Below, in pieces: positions 13,342-25,362 of a stretch of DNA of 64,000 nucleotides. Position 1 is the first letter of the stretch. Each line of letters starts with the position of its first letter. The stretch spans positions 3,968,001 to 4,032,000 of the forward strand of contig NC_092352.1 of the NCBI RefSeq assembly GCF_963676685.1, given 5' to 3'. Below the pieces are notes generated by a model. That model made no database searches. It saw only the letters and a program-made list of their open reading frames with translations, and had not been told where the DNA came from. The position numbers and the translations under genes are program-made. Source of the DNA: Mytilus edulis. Lineage: Eukaryota.

Positions 13342-14512
13342 TACAAACAACTTAACAATCAGACGGACCAATCATTGCAATAATGGCAGATTATACACTA
13401 ATTTACTAGCTATAATGACAATTAAGCAAGTTATCCGTCAAGACACAACCTATTTCACGAAATAAAGAACATACAAACTAAGTTTATTGTTCACCTAATT
13501 ACAAACTCATTCCAAACACAAATAATGGCTGTTCGAATGATCCCGTTTTGACCCAATTTCGAAAGACAATCGAAGTCATGTGATTACCAAATTAGGGTAT
13601 TTTTTGGACAATTTTTGTTCAACTGAGATCAGTTGGTTTCCTCTTAATGATCCTTTCAAATTCATTCAAAGCATGATTACACGTGTGTACCTGTCAGAAG
13701 TTCTACATTAAAGGTTATTTCTTTAACACTGTTTAAATAATTTGTTTTTATCGGTACTAACATTGAATTTGTTATTGATAAATTAAAACTAAACTAAATA
13801 AGTACTGCATCCTGTCGATATTTGTATTTTGGCATTTTACATGTTTTCTCATACTGTAGAAGACGTCTTTACATTAAATCCATTGGATATGTATTTATTG
13901 ATATATTTATGTCTGAGAAACATCATATAATGTTGTTAGTTGTAATTGGCTTTGAACTAGCTTTCTGTAACTCTAGGTACTTTTTGGTCGGTACGGTGTG
14001 TCTTTAGTCCTTTTTAATTGTTTTTGTACTTTGTGCCGACCTGATGGGTTAAAACTTAAAACTTTTCAACTGATTGTTTATAGTTTATTCTAATGGTACA
14101 CTGTTGAACCAGATAAAAGTAGGGCCGAGTGCTTCCAAACATGTTTAACGCCGCCAAATTATGTATATGATTGTCCTACGTTAGCAGCCTGTGATGTAGT
14201 GGTTTTCGTTGGTTGTTGTCCATCATATTTGTTTTTCGTTTATTGGTTTGTACATATGTTTGTTTTCTCGATTGAATGGTTTAACATTTTGTCATGTATG
14301 AGCCATTTTAGCTCACTGTATGTGGTGTGATTTTTGCTCATTATTGAAGTTCGTATGGTGACACAAAATTACTATCATCTACATTATTTGGTGTCTGGTG
14401 GAAAATTGTCTCATTGGCAACCATACCACATCTTTTTATTTTATATTGATATGATTATAAGCTTTGTTATGATTGCAGTGTGTGTTTTGTGGAGTGCAAT
14501 TTTGAAGTGCGG

Positions 14513-15298
14513 GATACACCTGATCGCCATTTGTCCGCCATATCATTTTCGCTATATTTAGAATGTACATTTGAACACCAAAAGATAGTGTGGTGAAAAT
14601 AACTGACGATTTTATCAGCTAGAAGTGTTAAATTTTCTATTTTTAATCTTTGCTAAACATGGATTTAGAGTGGTATAAAAGGATATGATTACGCCTTAGT
14701 TTTGTGGTAATTTGCCTTTTCCAGGATTAGAATAATATTCTTATTGCTAGGTTGTTAGTGGTTAATACGGAAGTGATACACCTGATCGCCATATGTCCGC
14801 CATATCATTTTCGCTATATTTAGAATGTACATTTGAACACCAAAATATAGTGTGGTGAAAATAACTGACGATTTTATCAGCTAGAAGTGTTAAATTTTCT
14901 ATTTTTAATCTTTGCTAAACATGGATTTAGAGTGGTATAAAAGGATATGATTACGCCTTAGTTTTGTGGTAATTTGCCTTTTCCAGGATTAGAATAATAT
15001 TCTTATTGCTAGGTTGTTAGTGGTTAATACGGAAGTGATACACCTGATCGCCATATGTCCGCCATATCATTTTCGCTATATTTAGAATGTACATTTGAAC
15101 ACCAAAATATAGTGTGGTGAAAATAACTGACGATTTTATCAGCTAGAAGTGTTAAATTTTCTATTTTTAATCTTTGCTAAACATGGATTTAGAGTGGTAT
15201 AAAAGGATATGATTACGCCTTAGTTTTGTGGTAATTTGCCTTTTCCAGGATTAGAATAATATTCTTATTGCTAGGTTGTTAGTGGTTAATACGGAAGT
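14513..15298. repeat. 3 x 262-bp near-perfect tandem repeat
   Basis: Units start at 14513, 14775 and 15037 (GATACACCTGATCGCCAT...) and differ at only a few positions. Confidence 0.95.
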
Positions 15299-16539
15299 GG
15301 TTAGAGGTCCATCCCCATCCCCAATCGTCACAACTCGGCCGATTCCGTACCTCATCTAGGAGAGAAGCGGGGTCACCCAAGGACTGCCGATTGTCCCCAT
15401 CCCGAGTCAAAAAAGGCAAAATCATTTTGATGAGTAAAATGACAGTTTTGTCGACAAAAGGTAGAGCTCAACATTTGAACAATACTGTTCCGGACAGATT
15501 TTCTCTATTTACAGCTGTTTTCAAAATAACTTTAGTTTACACCTTTTATTTTTTATTTTTGCTGTGTCGACCATCTTGGTCGGCAGGCTGTGACACCTTT
15601 TTAAAACAAGATATCCAAATGATGATTGTGACCTAGTTTTGTTAAATTCCTGGAGAAGATTTTTGTATAGTTTAAGGACGACGACGAACGATTGGGACAA
15701 GGGAGCAAAAAAAATATGTGGTATTATTGTCAATGAAATAACCTTTCACCAGAGGTAGTAGTTAACAACTACAGGTAACAATACGGCCTCCAACGATGAA
15801 CAAGATGCATAACGCAAATCAAGCTGTGAAAAACACCGAAATGTCAAATGTTCAACGATTCAAACTGGAAAAACGGACTGTCTAATATATGTACAAAACA
15901 AATTCAAACACACATATAATATAAAGGCAACAAACGAACTACAGGCCATAAAGCCGGCTAAACAAAATCTTACGTTTGCACTTCAGTCATCAAATCTCAG
16001 TAACTATGTGCGATGTGTTTAATATTTAGTTGGTTGGTTCCTAGTTATAATTTCTATAGATTTTTTTTTATCATTTACATTACGGGGAAAAGAAACGAAA
16101 GATAACAACAACACAATCAAAACTTATAAACCAAAAAGGGACCGATCATGCCATGGCAAAATATCGAAAACAAAGTAAAGACAGTCTACAAAACACAAAC
16201 TAAATTAAGACTGAGCAAAACGAACATCCTAGTCCACATAAAACCCTCATCGTGTTGATCATTGGCAAATTTAAAGCTTCTTGATTTGAATTTTTAAAGT
16301 GTATATATGAAATAAAAATCCACGAGATTTGAGGGCACTATACAGTCGAGTGTTTAATTTTATTATCGTTTAACCAATGTTGAAAAGTATTTGATAACTG
16401 GCAAAATAGTATCAATGACGATACAACACAACCAAAACAGATTCACAAAACGATATAGCTAGATTCGATGTGTGCTATATCTTCGATCTTAAGCAATCAT
16501 TAACATTTTTTATCATTTCTTTATTATCAAATGTATGCT

Positions 16540-16860
16540 ATAAAAAAGGAGATGTGGTATGATTGCAAATGAGACAACTCTCCACAAGAGACCAAAATGA
16601 CACACATGACTGTTTTCAAGTACATCATATAAAAAAGAAGATGTGGTATGATTGCCAATGAGACAACTATCCACAAAAGACCAAAATGACACAGACATTA
16701 ACAACTATAGGTCACCGTACGGCCTTCAACAATGAACAAAGCCCATACTGCATAGTCAGCTATAATAGGCCCCGATAAGACAATGTAAAACAATTCAAAC
16801 GAGAAAACTAACGGCCTTATTTATGTAAAAAAATGAACGAAAAACAAACATGTAACACAT
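16540..16860 (-). repeat. Tail of a dispersed retro-repeat family (...GTCTCATTGGCAATCATACCACATCTTCTTTTT), with a duplicated end
   Basis: The same sequence occurs at 50660-50945 (+), ~14100-14447 (+), ~52930-53025 (-), ~59585-59880 (-) and as shorter ends elsewhere. Confidence 0.8.
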
Positions 16861-16935
16861 CAGTATACAAATCAAATTCAAAATATCCATTATTTGAATT
16901 AAAGACTATGAAAATTGTTCTAAAACATTTAAAGA

Positions 16936-17279
16936 TTTTGTAACGACATTTCATCTAAAGTTGACGACATTAGTTGAACTTCCACAGCGGAATGTTCTAG
17001 AGTTATGTATTTCAGAAAGCGCTTTGTAGTTGTTAACACTTGATGTTAACATCTACAAAGCGCTTTCTGAAATACATAACTTGATGTTAACATCTACAAA
17101 GCGCTTTCTGAAATACATAACTTGATGTTAACATCTACAAAGCGCTTTCTGAAATACATAACTCTAGAACAAAAGTTGTTAACATCTACAAAGCGCTTTC
17201 TGAAATACATAACTCTAGAACATTCCGCTGTGGAAGTTCAACTAATGTCGTCAACTTCAGATGAAATTTCGTTACAAAA
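16936..17279. repeat. ~100-bp-arm inverted repeat enclosing three tandem 41-bp copies of its own arm
   Basis: Arms are 16936-17038 and 17177-17279. The unit TTGATGTTAACATCTACAAAGCGCTTTCTGAAATACATAAC occurs at 17040, 17081 and 17122. Confidence 0.92.
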
Positions 17280-17446
17280 ATCAAGTGTTTGAAGCTCCTC
17301 CTACTAATAATGGGAGATGTAAGTCATACTCCAACGGAAGGCTCCACTCCAAATAGTAATTCAAAAAAGTGTTTCACAATTAAGCATTCTACAAAATGAA
17401 TATTTAACACACGTTCATGTAGCGGTAAGTTTTTTCTGTACAAATG

Positions 17447-20400
17447 TTAACAATGATTGCTATATTCTGTACCGTCTGCGGATATTTGAATACCAGTAGT
17501 GTTATACGTGCTAATGTCGTTATGATTGTACGTATACGAGTTTAAATCAACTGCCCCTCTTACAACCCCTTCAGCATGGTCATATGTACCAATGTCTGCA
17601 TTATTGTACGTCCCACAATTTGTTTTGACAGAAGCACGGAATTTTAAGTGATTATACTCTGTTTTGATTGATTCTTCGTCTCTGATGCTGATTTCATCAT
17701 AGTGACTCTCTCCTTTCCCGCTATCTATAGTATCAGAACTATTTACTTCTGTAGTTGTTTGTTTTCTGTACTCTACTTCTTCTTGCTCTTTGCTCTTTTG
17801 TCTAAAAAAAGTACAATTTCTTATCAGTTAAGTTATTGTTGGAAATGATTGACTCAGTAATTTATCAGTAAAATCAGTTACTTGAAGGGACACATACAAC
17901 ACATTAAATACGTTTTCAATCCTTTTTTTACTTGTAATCTATGTACGAAATACTTTAAAAAATATCAATGTTAAAATACAACGAAAATGAATAAAGCCAT
18001 TACAATATCAATTATAAAAATGACTTTGTGGTATGATTGCCAGTTAGACAACTAACCAACTTTATTCTAGGATTAAACGCCTTTTTAAAGAATTTATTAG
18101 TATCTAAACTTTACCAATTCATGCACAAACAAATAAAAGTCCAAACGATGATCGAACGCGATGAAAAGTAGTTCGGTCAACGTCGTCTATCGAAAAATAA
18201 ATAACGTCAAGAGTCACAACCAGCAGTCCTTTCGACCAATCATATAAACCAACATAATGCTCAAGCAAATCCCTGACCTAGACCCTGAGAATTATCCAAA
18301 AAAATTGTTTGACCTAATATCTTAAGACTTACCTCCGTCTTACAAATATTGCACTGACAATGACAATCACAATACATACCACAACACCAACTAGTATGTA
18401 AGGAAGTACTGTAAATATAAAGCATCAACATATTATCTCCATCACAAATCAAATTAAAACATTTAACACAATCTTCTTTGGTTGTTTTGCTTAGTTTTTT
18501 TTTGGTTAAAAATGTGTTAAACGCTTTCGGTAAAAAAAATCTATGGAAATGCAAAATGGATAAAGAAAAGTCGTCCTTCTAATAATTTAATCGTCCTGAA
18601 AATGCATTTTTATATTTGCCACTGGACGTACAGCAAAAATCAATCAATCATGCAATTTTCTTTCTATAAATTACCCAATGTCATTATTCTAATTGAAAGT
18701 CGAAAATAAACTGATAACCCCATGGGGAAAAAGAAAATAGACTATAAGATGAAAAATAGTAAAGAAAACGACAACTAGGCTGAGCAACACAAACTCGACC
18801 AGGTTGGCTCATGTCACGCTATAGAAGGGTAAGCAGATTCTTCTCCATATGTGGCGCCCGTCGTTTTGCTCATGTAAGTACACACCAGGTGTGATAAGTC
18901 TTACTCATTTAGGAAAAAGGAGGACGGGGATTGTAGTTTCAACGATTGGACGTTTCCATCGTCATCTGTATTCGAATGGATATATCATAACGGCCAACCA
19001 ACTCGTGATGGCGTCCATACATTTTTCGAAGGGATGATTTTAACTTGTAATCCTTGTTAGAGAAAAATAAAACACGTGCTATGTTATTTTACTTCTTTTC
19101 TGCGGTACTGTGAACTATCATTCTACGTTGGGATCCATAGCATACTCTCTTATACCGAATTGATTTTTTATTAAAAAACACTTAATGTCCAATACAAGAC
19201 TACTTAAAATATCTGTTAAAGTAGATATTGAACGAGTTTATATTTTTTGTTCTCACACGGTATACATACAATTCAAAAGAGTATCCCAGGAGATCAAAAA
19301 GGAAAATGTGGTTATTAAAATGAAGGCATGAAAAACTAAATACATAGGGAGTGTTTAATATAAAACGGCCAGAAGATGCTTAACCGCAAATTTCATCTTG
19401 GGTAACTTAGCTTGAATATCTTACATAATTTAAAAACCATAGACACGGAAATAAGTTCTTGTATAATAATTGTGTGACCACTGCATATAATGCATATAGT
19501 TATGGCGTTCCATATAATTATCTACATATGGCAGTCATGGCGTTCCATTGAACAAGCGTTCACTTCATTTTAAATACCATATAGCTGTCTTGATTACAAT
19601 TGAACCAGCGAAAAATTGCAACCATGGATACAAACTCTCCTTGGTAATCAATTTTATATACATGTTTGTATCTTACATTTGTTTTTTCTATTAAATTAAT
19701 AATGTTAAAACTTCCTGCCTTGATGGAGCTCATAATCTAAGTTATCCCTTCTATTCTAAAAATCGAGTCATATTTTAATCAATAATTTGAAACTTGGGAG
19801 TACCAAAATAAAATACCAGGGAACTTTTATGGAATGTTATGCAACTGTCATACAGTGAGAGGTTTAGCTAGCTATAAAACAAGGTTTAATTACATATTTT
19901 ACAGAAAGAAATGCTTGTACCAAGTCAGGTTTATGACAGTTATTTTTTTATTCGTTTGATGTGTTCGAGCTTCTGATTTTGGTATTTGAGAAGAGACTTT
20001 CCGTTTTGAAATTTCCATGGAGTTCTGTGTTTGTGTTATTTACTTTTTATAGCTGTCTCATGTAAAACATCAAATAAACTGTACGAAGCGACATACTTTG
20101 TAACACTTGTGATCTGTCATTTGTGGACTGGTTTACAGTATCTTCTTTAACATTTCCTGAAACCATCAATAACAAATTAGAATATTTCATTAGACTTATA
20201 ATAATATTTGATAAATGATTAAAAACAACACTGGTAGAGAAACCAGGACTACACTTAATATCGCCGTTCAAGTTACCATACAGTGACATTTATTCGCTTT
20301 CATTTATACACTAATACAATTCACAGTAAATAAAAAAAAAATGATCAATAATTATTGTTTTTAGATATTGTTTTGAGATATAGTTTGTAATTGTTCACTA

Positions 20401-23400
20401 GATGAAATGTATGGCGAATTTATCATACTGCATATGAAAACCATAGCACCAAAGCTTATTTGCGAAATCTTTCTGTATTTATTAGAGAAAAGAAACTAAT
20501 TCTTTCACTTTGGACTTACCTTTGCAGTCATATGATATCTCAGCATATGGTTTGAAAGTGTTCGAAGTACAAGTACCAGCTGGAAGTGCTCCTATCGCAG
20601 TATTATAAAACGTACAATTATTTTTATCCTGGCATATTTTCTTTAGAGCTGTACTAATAGCCGCACTACCATTGCATCGTCCCGGGAGTATAGATAAATC
20701 GGGACATTCATTGGTGTTAAATCGACCATAATGTACAACAATAATGTCAATGGACTGGTTTCCAACACATGATACAACTGCACTTTTATCAAAACAGACA
20801 CGAGTTGTGTTCAAACCTGTAAAAATTGAGTTGAACAATAACAAAACATTAAGTTAAAAAAACTACTTTAAATGTGGAAAAGAAATTGCTTGGATTGTCG
20901 TAACGAACAAACATTTGTCTGATAATAGTATGGTGTACCTTCTGAATTTTCAAAGACTACAACTTGTAGAAAATACAAGTGCATTCTTTTAAATTGAGGT
21001 CCATTTGGTTGTCCGACGAACATGAGATATATGGCAGGAAAGACTTAAGAGGGGGCGTAGCTAGAAAGAAACAATGTGGAAGCATGTACCACCGAGCGGA
21101 GCGAGGCGAAAAAATTTTGGGACCCTTTTATGCAGAAAAATGTTTTTTTTCGGTTTTCGGTCATAGGACGGTTTAAAGAGGCACTATATGTAGTCAGGAC
21201 TTAAAAATATGATTGTAAAACTATTAATAAATCTTCTGAATAGAGTAATACATAAACAACACATATTTGTGATACAGAATTTACTCAAAATCGTCAAAAA
21301 TCTTCTCTTTGGGTCTAGGCAGAAACAAACTTTTCTATTACTTTGTCAATATTCACACGGAAATACCGATGAATATGCAGTAACTGCATGTCGTTGTTCA
21401 TTGTTGATCGTACATTTGTTTTCAACATACGTAGTACACTGATAGATCTCAATGGTAGCACTCGCAAGATGTTATAAACCAGCGTACATGTTCGGCATCG
21501 AGCGAACTCCCAATTAAATTCGTCAAAATGACATGCCAGGTCAGTTTCGTATGTCTCAGACAATGTTGAGATTTGTTCGTCTGTTATATTTCCTACAACA
21601 CGATGAAGCAGATACAGCACAAAGAAGCGATTTTCTGATAATACTAGACGCGACTCCACTCTCCAGTTCCCTTATCATATGGTCTATGAACGCCAAAAAT
21701 AATGAGACTTTCCAATACTGTTTTGGCGTGTTTGCAGGGTGATTGGCTCCGGTAGTCTGCCGACCACATCGCCTCGGCATATTTCAATTATATCGAAGGG
21801 ACCTGATAATTCTAATGCCGATTGGTACATCTCATTCGAAACTGATGAACCGTACGCTGTAAAATGTGCTCCAAAACTACATGTCTTACATGTCTTAGAC
21901 TGAGTATTACAACAATCAAATCTTGTAAAATATACAAGTTACTGTCCGATTTTGCCATCATCTCCAATAAAACTTTTATTTTGAAACCAAATGCCGTTAT
22001 TTAATGATATTTCATCAATTAAAAAAGTGACAACATAGGTGTTTCCTTTAACATTAAATTTATAAATTTTTATTTTGCCATTATTATGATTATTATTTTT
22101 TTTGCATGCCGAATCGATGTGCACGCAACTGCGTGTTAGCGTATAGGGAGCTACGCGCCTGTATAATCCTATGATTCAGATGTTTCTAGTTGTGTGGTAG
22201 TTTGTTTTGTTTTAAGCAATTATCTCGTACATACAGTTGTTTTAGCAGATCATATGGGTGTTTAAGTTGTTGTAAGATGTTATTGGATCCAAGCCATTCG
22301 ATCCATCATTAAATAAACTCATATAAGATACCAGGACTAAATTTTGTATATACGCCAGACGCGCGTTTCGTCTACAAAAGACTCGTCAGTGACGCTCGAA
22401 TCCAAAAAAGTTAAAAAGGCCAAATAAAGTTCGAAGTTGAAAAGCATTAAGGACCAAAATTCATAAAAGTTATGCCTTAATGCACTGTTCTTCTTGTATG
22501 TCTTATTCGGTTTGGTACACTAATTCAGTTTTTTTTCTATTTTCAGCTTCACGTCTTCCCAGATAATTGATTACGTAGAGATTGGATTGTTATTGTTCTA
22601 TAATAATTTCTGTATTCTTGACCTTCCTTTTTGCTTTTATGCTTTGTCGGAATGCCTTTTTGTGTTTTTTCCTTACATGTGACGTTGTTCTGTACTTATA
22701 CTTCCAATCATTGTGTTATTGTGTCATCGTAAATGTTTGTTTATATATTTGTTTGATTTTATAGTGATTAAGATAATGTTGACTGTTGTATCCCAATTTG
22801 ACATTTTTACCTATTATGTGTGTTTGTTTTGTTCACGCGTCGTGGTCAATATAATGGAACTGTCATACACATGAGAGGTTAAGCTAGCTATAAAAACAGT
22901 TTTAATCCACCATTTTCTACATAAGAAAATGCCTGTCCATTTGTTTCAATTTGCCTGAGCTTTTGATAATGCCGTTTTATATAACGTAATTTAATGCGAC
23001 TATCATATAAGTGAGAGGTTTAGCGCTACAAAACCAGGTTCAATCCACCATTTTCTACATTTGAAAATGCCTGTACCAAGCCAGGAACATTGCAGTTGTT
23101 GTCCATTCGTTTGATGTGTTTGGCATTTGATTTTGCCATTTGATTGGGGACTTTACGATTGAATTTTCCTCAGAGTTCAGTAATTTTGTGATTTTACTTT
23201 TGACTATTTACTTTCTGTTTTGGATTTTTCTTGGAGTTCTGTGTGTTTGTGATTTTACCTTGTATTACAAAAAGTCCTATCAGAATTTTAAGTATGCTTA
23301 TGTTGTTTGAATATCGTTGTTAGACAATAAGCATGCTGTGTTGTTGTAATGTTTGAGTATAAATTGACTTTTGATGTGTTTAGCTTTTCAATATCAACTA

Positions 23401-23766
23401 TAATGAGTATGACGAGAAAAAGTAAAATGGGGATGATGGTGTTGATGATGACTGAATGTTTTGGAGAAGTAATGAAAAGAAGGGATGGATTTGTTTAAAA
23501 TGAAAGACAACGAGGAAAAGGATGTACACAAAAATGTACACAAACAGTACAAATGAAGAAACTTACTCATAAATAATTAAGAAGGTAAACTCAGTTTTCA
23601 CGGATTGAAAATAGTTAAAGCAATTGACACATTATCATTTAATTATACACATTGAACTATTATATAAATTGTATACTACACTAAACACAGTGTGAATTAA
23701 AAAAAACTTACCTTGAAGAACGGGAATACAATTTACGATGAAACTAATGAAAAATACCAGCTTCAT
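17447..23766 (-). CDS. Gene B: type-I membrane protein; signal peptide, SUEL lectin-like domain, stalk, TM, multi-tyrosine tail (~280 aa)
   Basis: Five GT-AG exons in phase: 23766-23712 (MKLVFFISFIVNCIPVLQ), 20816-20520 (VCFD...SC...HYGRF...C...ICQDKNNC...C...ISYDC), 20156-20097, 18408-18333 ([28 protein letters not shown]), 17801-17447 (tail with YDEI, YNHL, YNNA, YDHA). Total 843 nt, open frame. Confidence 0.85.
18690..19045 (-). mobile_element. Diverged 3' fragment of PLE family 1
   Basis: Homologous to ~830-1205 (GAAGGGTAAGCAGA, GGGATTGTAGTT, CAACCAACTCGTGA). Confidence 0.75.
19843..19941 (+). ncRNA. Degenerate twister-like motif (P5-permuted)
   Basis: Closing stem AACTGTCATA/TATGACAGTT, GTGAGAGGT and CTTG-TACCAAGT-CAGG are present. 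The P2/L2 region is mutated. Confidence 0.45.
21050..22161 (-). mobile_element. Degenerate hAT transposon (transposase pseudogene) in intron 1 of gene B
   Basis: Frameshifted ORFs 21556-21780 (PRRCGRQT..ANHPANTPKQYWKVSLF..FIDHMIRELES) and 21315-21659 (RSISVLRMLKTNVRSTM...LLHIHR...IDKVIEKF, the hAT C-terminal dimerisation region). Imperfect ends AGGGGGCGTAGCT / AGCTACGCGCCTG. Confidence 0.75.
22352..22395 (-). ncRNA. Type-I hammerhead ribozyme, intact core, minimal palindromic stem III
   Basis: The minus strand reads gcgtca-CTGACGA-gtc(ttttgta)gac-GAAA-cgcgc-GTC^-tggcgt. All core nucleotides are present. Confidence 0.85.
22996..23099 (+). ncRNA. Twister-ribozyme-like motif, P5-type permutation
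   Basis: Reads ...AAGTGA-GA-GGT-[tagcgcta][aaccaggtt]-CAA-TCC-ACC-[P3 attttc..gaaaat]-G-CCTG-TACCAAGC-CAGG-A.... T1 is ACC/GGT. A truncated second copy lies at 22858-22938. Confidence 0.7.
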
Positions 23767-25262
23767 CCTTTCACAACTCCAATGAATAGACTTATTTCAA
23801 CATGACGTTACACAACACGAAAACAAATATCTCGTACGAGTACTCGAGAGTTTAATGTTACTAAGAAAATGTACTTTCACGCAAAAAAACATATTTTTTC
23901 AATTCTTATTTTATGAAGTACTTGGAAAGGGTTTTATATAATTTAAAACAATGATGACATACAAAAGTTTAACGTAAAGCTGAATATGAATATGTTTTAT
24001 TTTGGTATCCGGTGATTAACACAAAGCTTCCGAGATCATATAACTTAAGGATCCTCGTGCGTACGTCAGAGTGTAGCACTTAAAGAGGACTTAGATGAGT
24101 TTTAACACAGAATAATATTCAAAATAATAAATAGAAATTAGTCAATATATAGTTTTTTTAAATAATTTGCCAATTAAAACCATGTGACCAATGGAGTAGT
24201 CAAATAGATGGTTCGAAAAACCTCGAAATTAATTGAATTTTTATTAACAAAACTCGTTATTAGCACGGTTGATATTGTTGACGTTTAGTTTTTCTCTTAA
24301 TTGAAGTTCTTCTAACCATTTGGTTATAAACAATGCTATAATGAATATTCCTTTTGGAAAAAAAATACTATATACTGTATACTATTTCTTCTAGTGGAAA
24401 TTATATTCTAGATTTGTTTCGTTCACTTGGAATTGATATTGTATAGATATTTCTGTTTCATGACAATATTATATTTCCAGATGATAACAAATGTATCATT
24501 CAATGAGAAAAAGGGAGAGCTTATTGTAATTCCAAAAGACGGGGAATTTACAATCTCATTCTAAGTACCACAATAAAAATAGTATTATTAAATATTCGTT
24601 ATACATATATTACTAAAACGGATTAATCTATAAAGTCCTATACTAAACTAGCTATTGCTCAAACACGAGCCTTCGCTCTAAATGAGACCCAATCACACAT
24701 CTTAACATAATCCTACCAAATAACAGAACCATAACATAAAGGTCACAATTATGCCGATCTTGTCAGTAAGGGACTTCCCGTCCGACAATAAATCCTTGCT
24801 GAAGTCGGTCGATTAAAATTGTTTAAATTTTTAGTACGATGCTTCATGCAGTGTCGCTCATTAAAAGTTAAAGAATATTTCTCTCTGGATATTGAGGCAA
24901 AATTATTGCCCATATCCAATATACCCTTATCATTCAAGTTACAGTCCATATGTCTGCTCGTCATACCATTCCACATATGTATCAGAATTTTCTTTTTAAA
25001 CTGTTTATTTGTTCCCGTCCTGAATATATATAGCAAACAATCAATCAAACAAAATATTTTTGATAAATTGTTGACCTTCATAACTTGCCGTCTGTCTAAA
25101 GAACACACATCTCCAGACAAATTTGGTCTTAAATTCGAAAACGGGTCTCCGATGTTCATATAAAAAGTAAAACTAAAATACTGAACTCCGAAGAAAATTC
25201 AAAACGGAAAGTTATAAATCAATAGGCAAAATCAAATGCTAAAACACATCAAACGAATAGAA

Positions 25263-25362
25263 AACTGTCATATTCCTGACTTGGTACAGGCATTGTTAAA
25301 TGTAGAAAATAGTGGATTGAACCTGGTTTTATAACGCTAAAACTCTTAGTTGCATGAAAGTC
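25263..25362 (-). ncRNA. Twister-like motif, partly degenerate
   Basis: The minus strand has AACCAGGTTCAATCCAC...GCCTG-TACCAAGT-CAGG-AATATGACAGT. The 5' half is mutated. Confidence 0.5.

Noticed and set aside
14594-14625. CTGACGA and GAAA in the 262-bp repeat as a hammerhead
   Set aside because: No stems are arranged correctly around the core.
17040-17162. CRISPR-like 41-bp repeats
   Set aside because: The units are contiguous with no spacers, there are no cas genes, and the DNA is eukaryotic.
23036-23050. tRNA T-loop/CCA-like GGTTCAATCCACCA
   Set aside because: There is no cloverleaf or A box. It is better explained as twister L1-P2-L2, and sister families read TTTAACCCCACC.
24749-25159. 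136-aa minus-strand ORF with a plausible acceptor near 25020 (possible orphan tail exon)
   Set aside because: It has no recognisable domain and no partner exons could be assembled. It remains unexplained.
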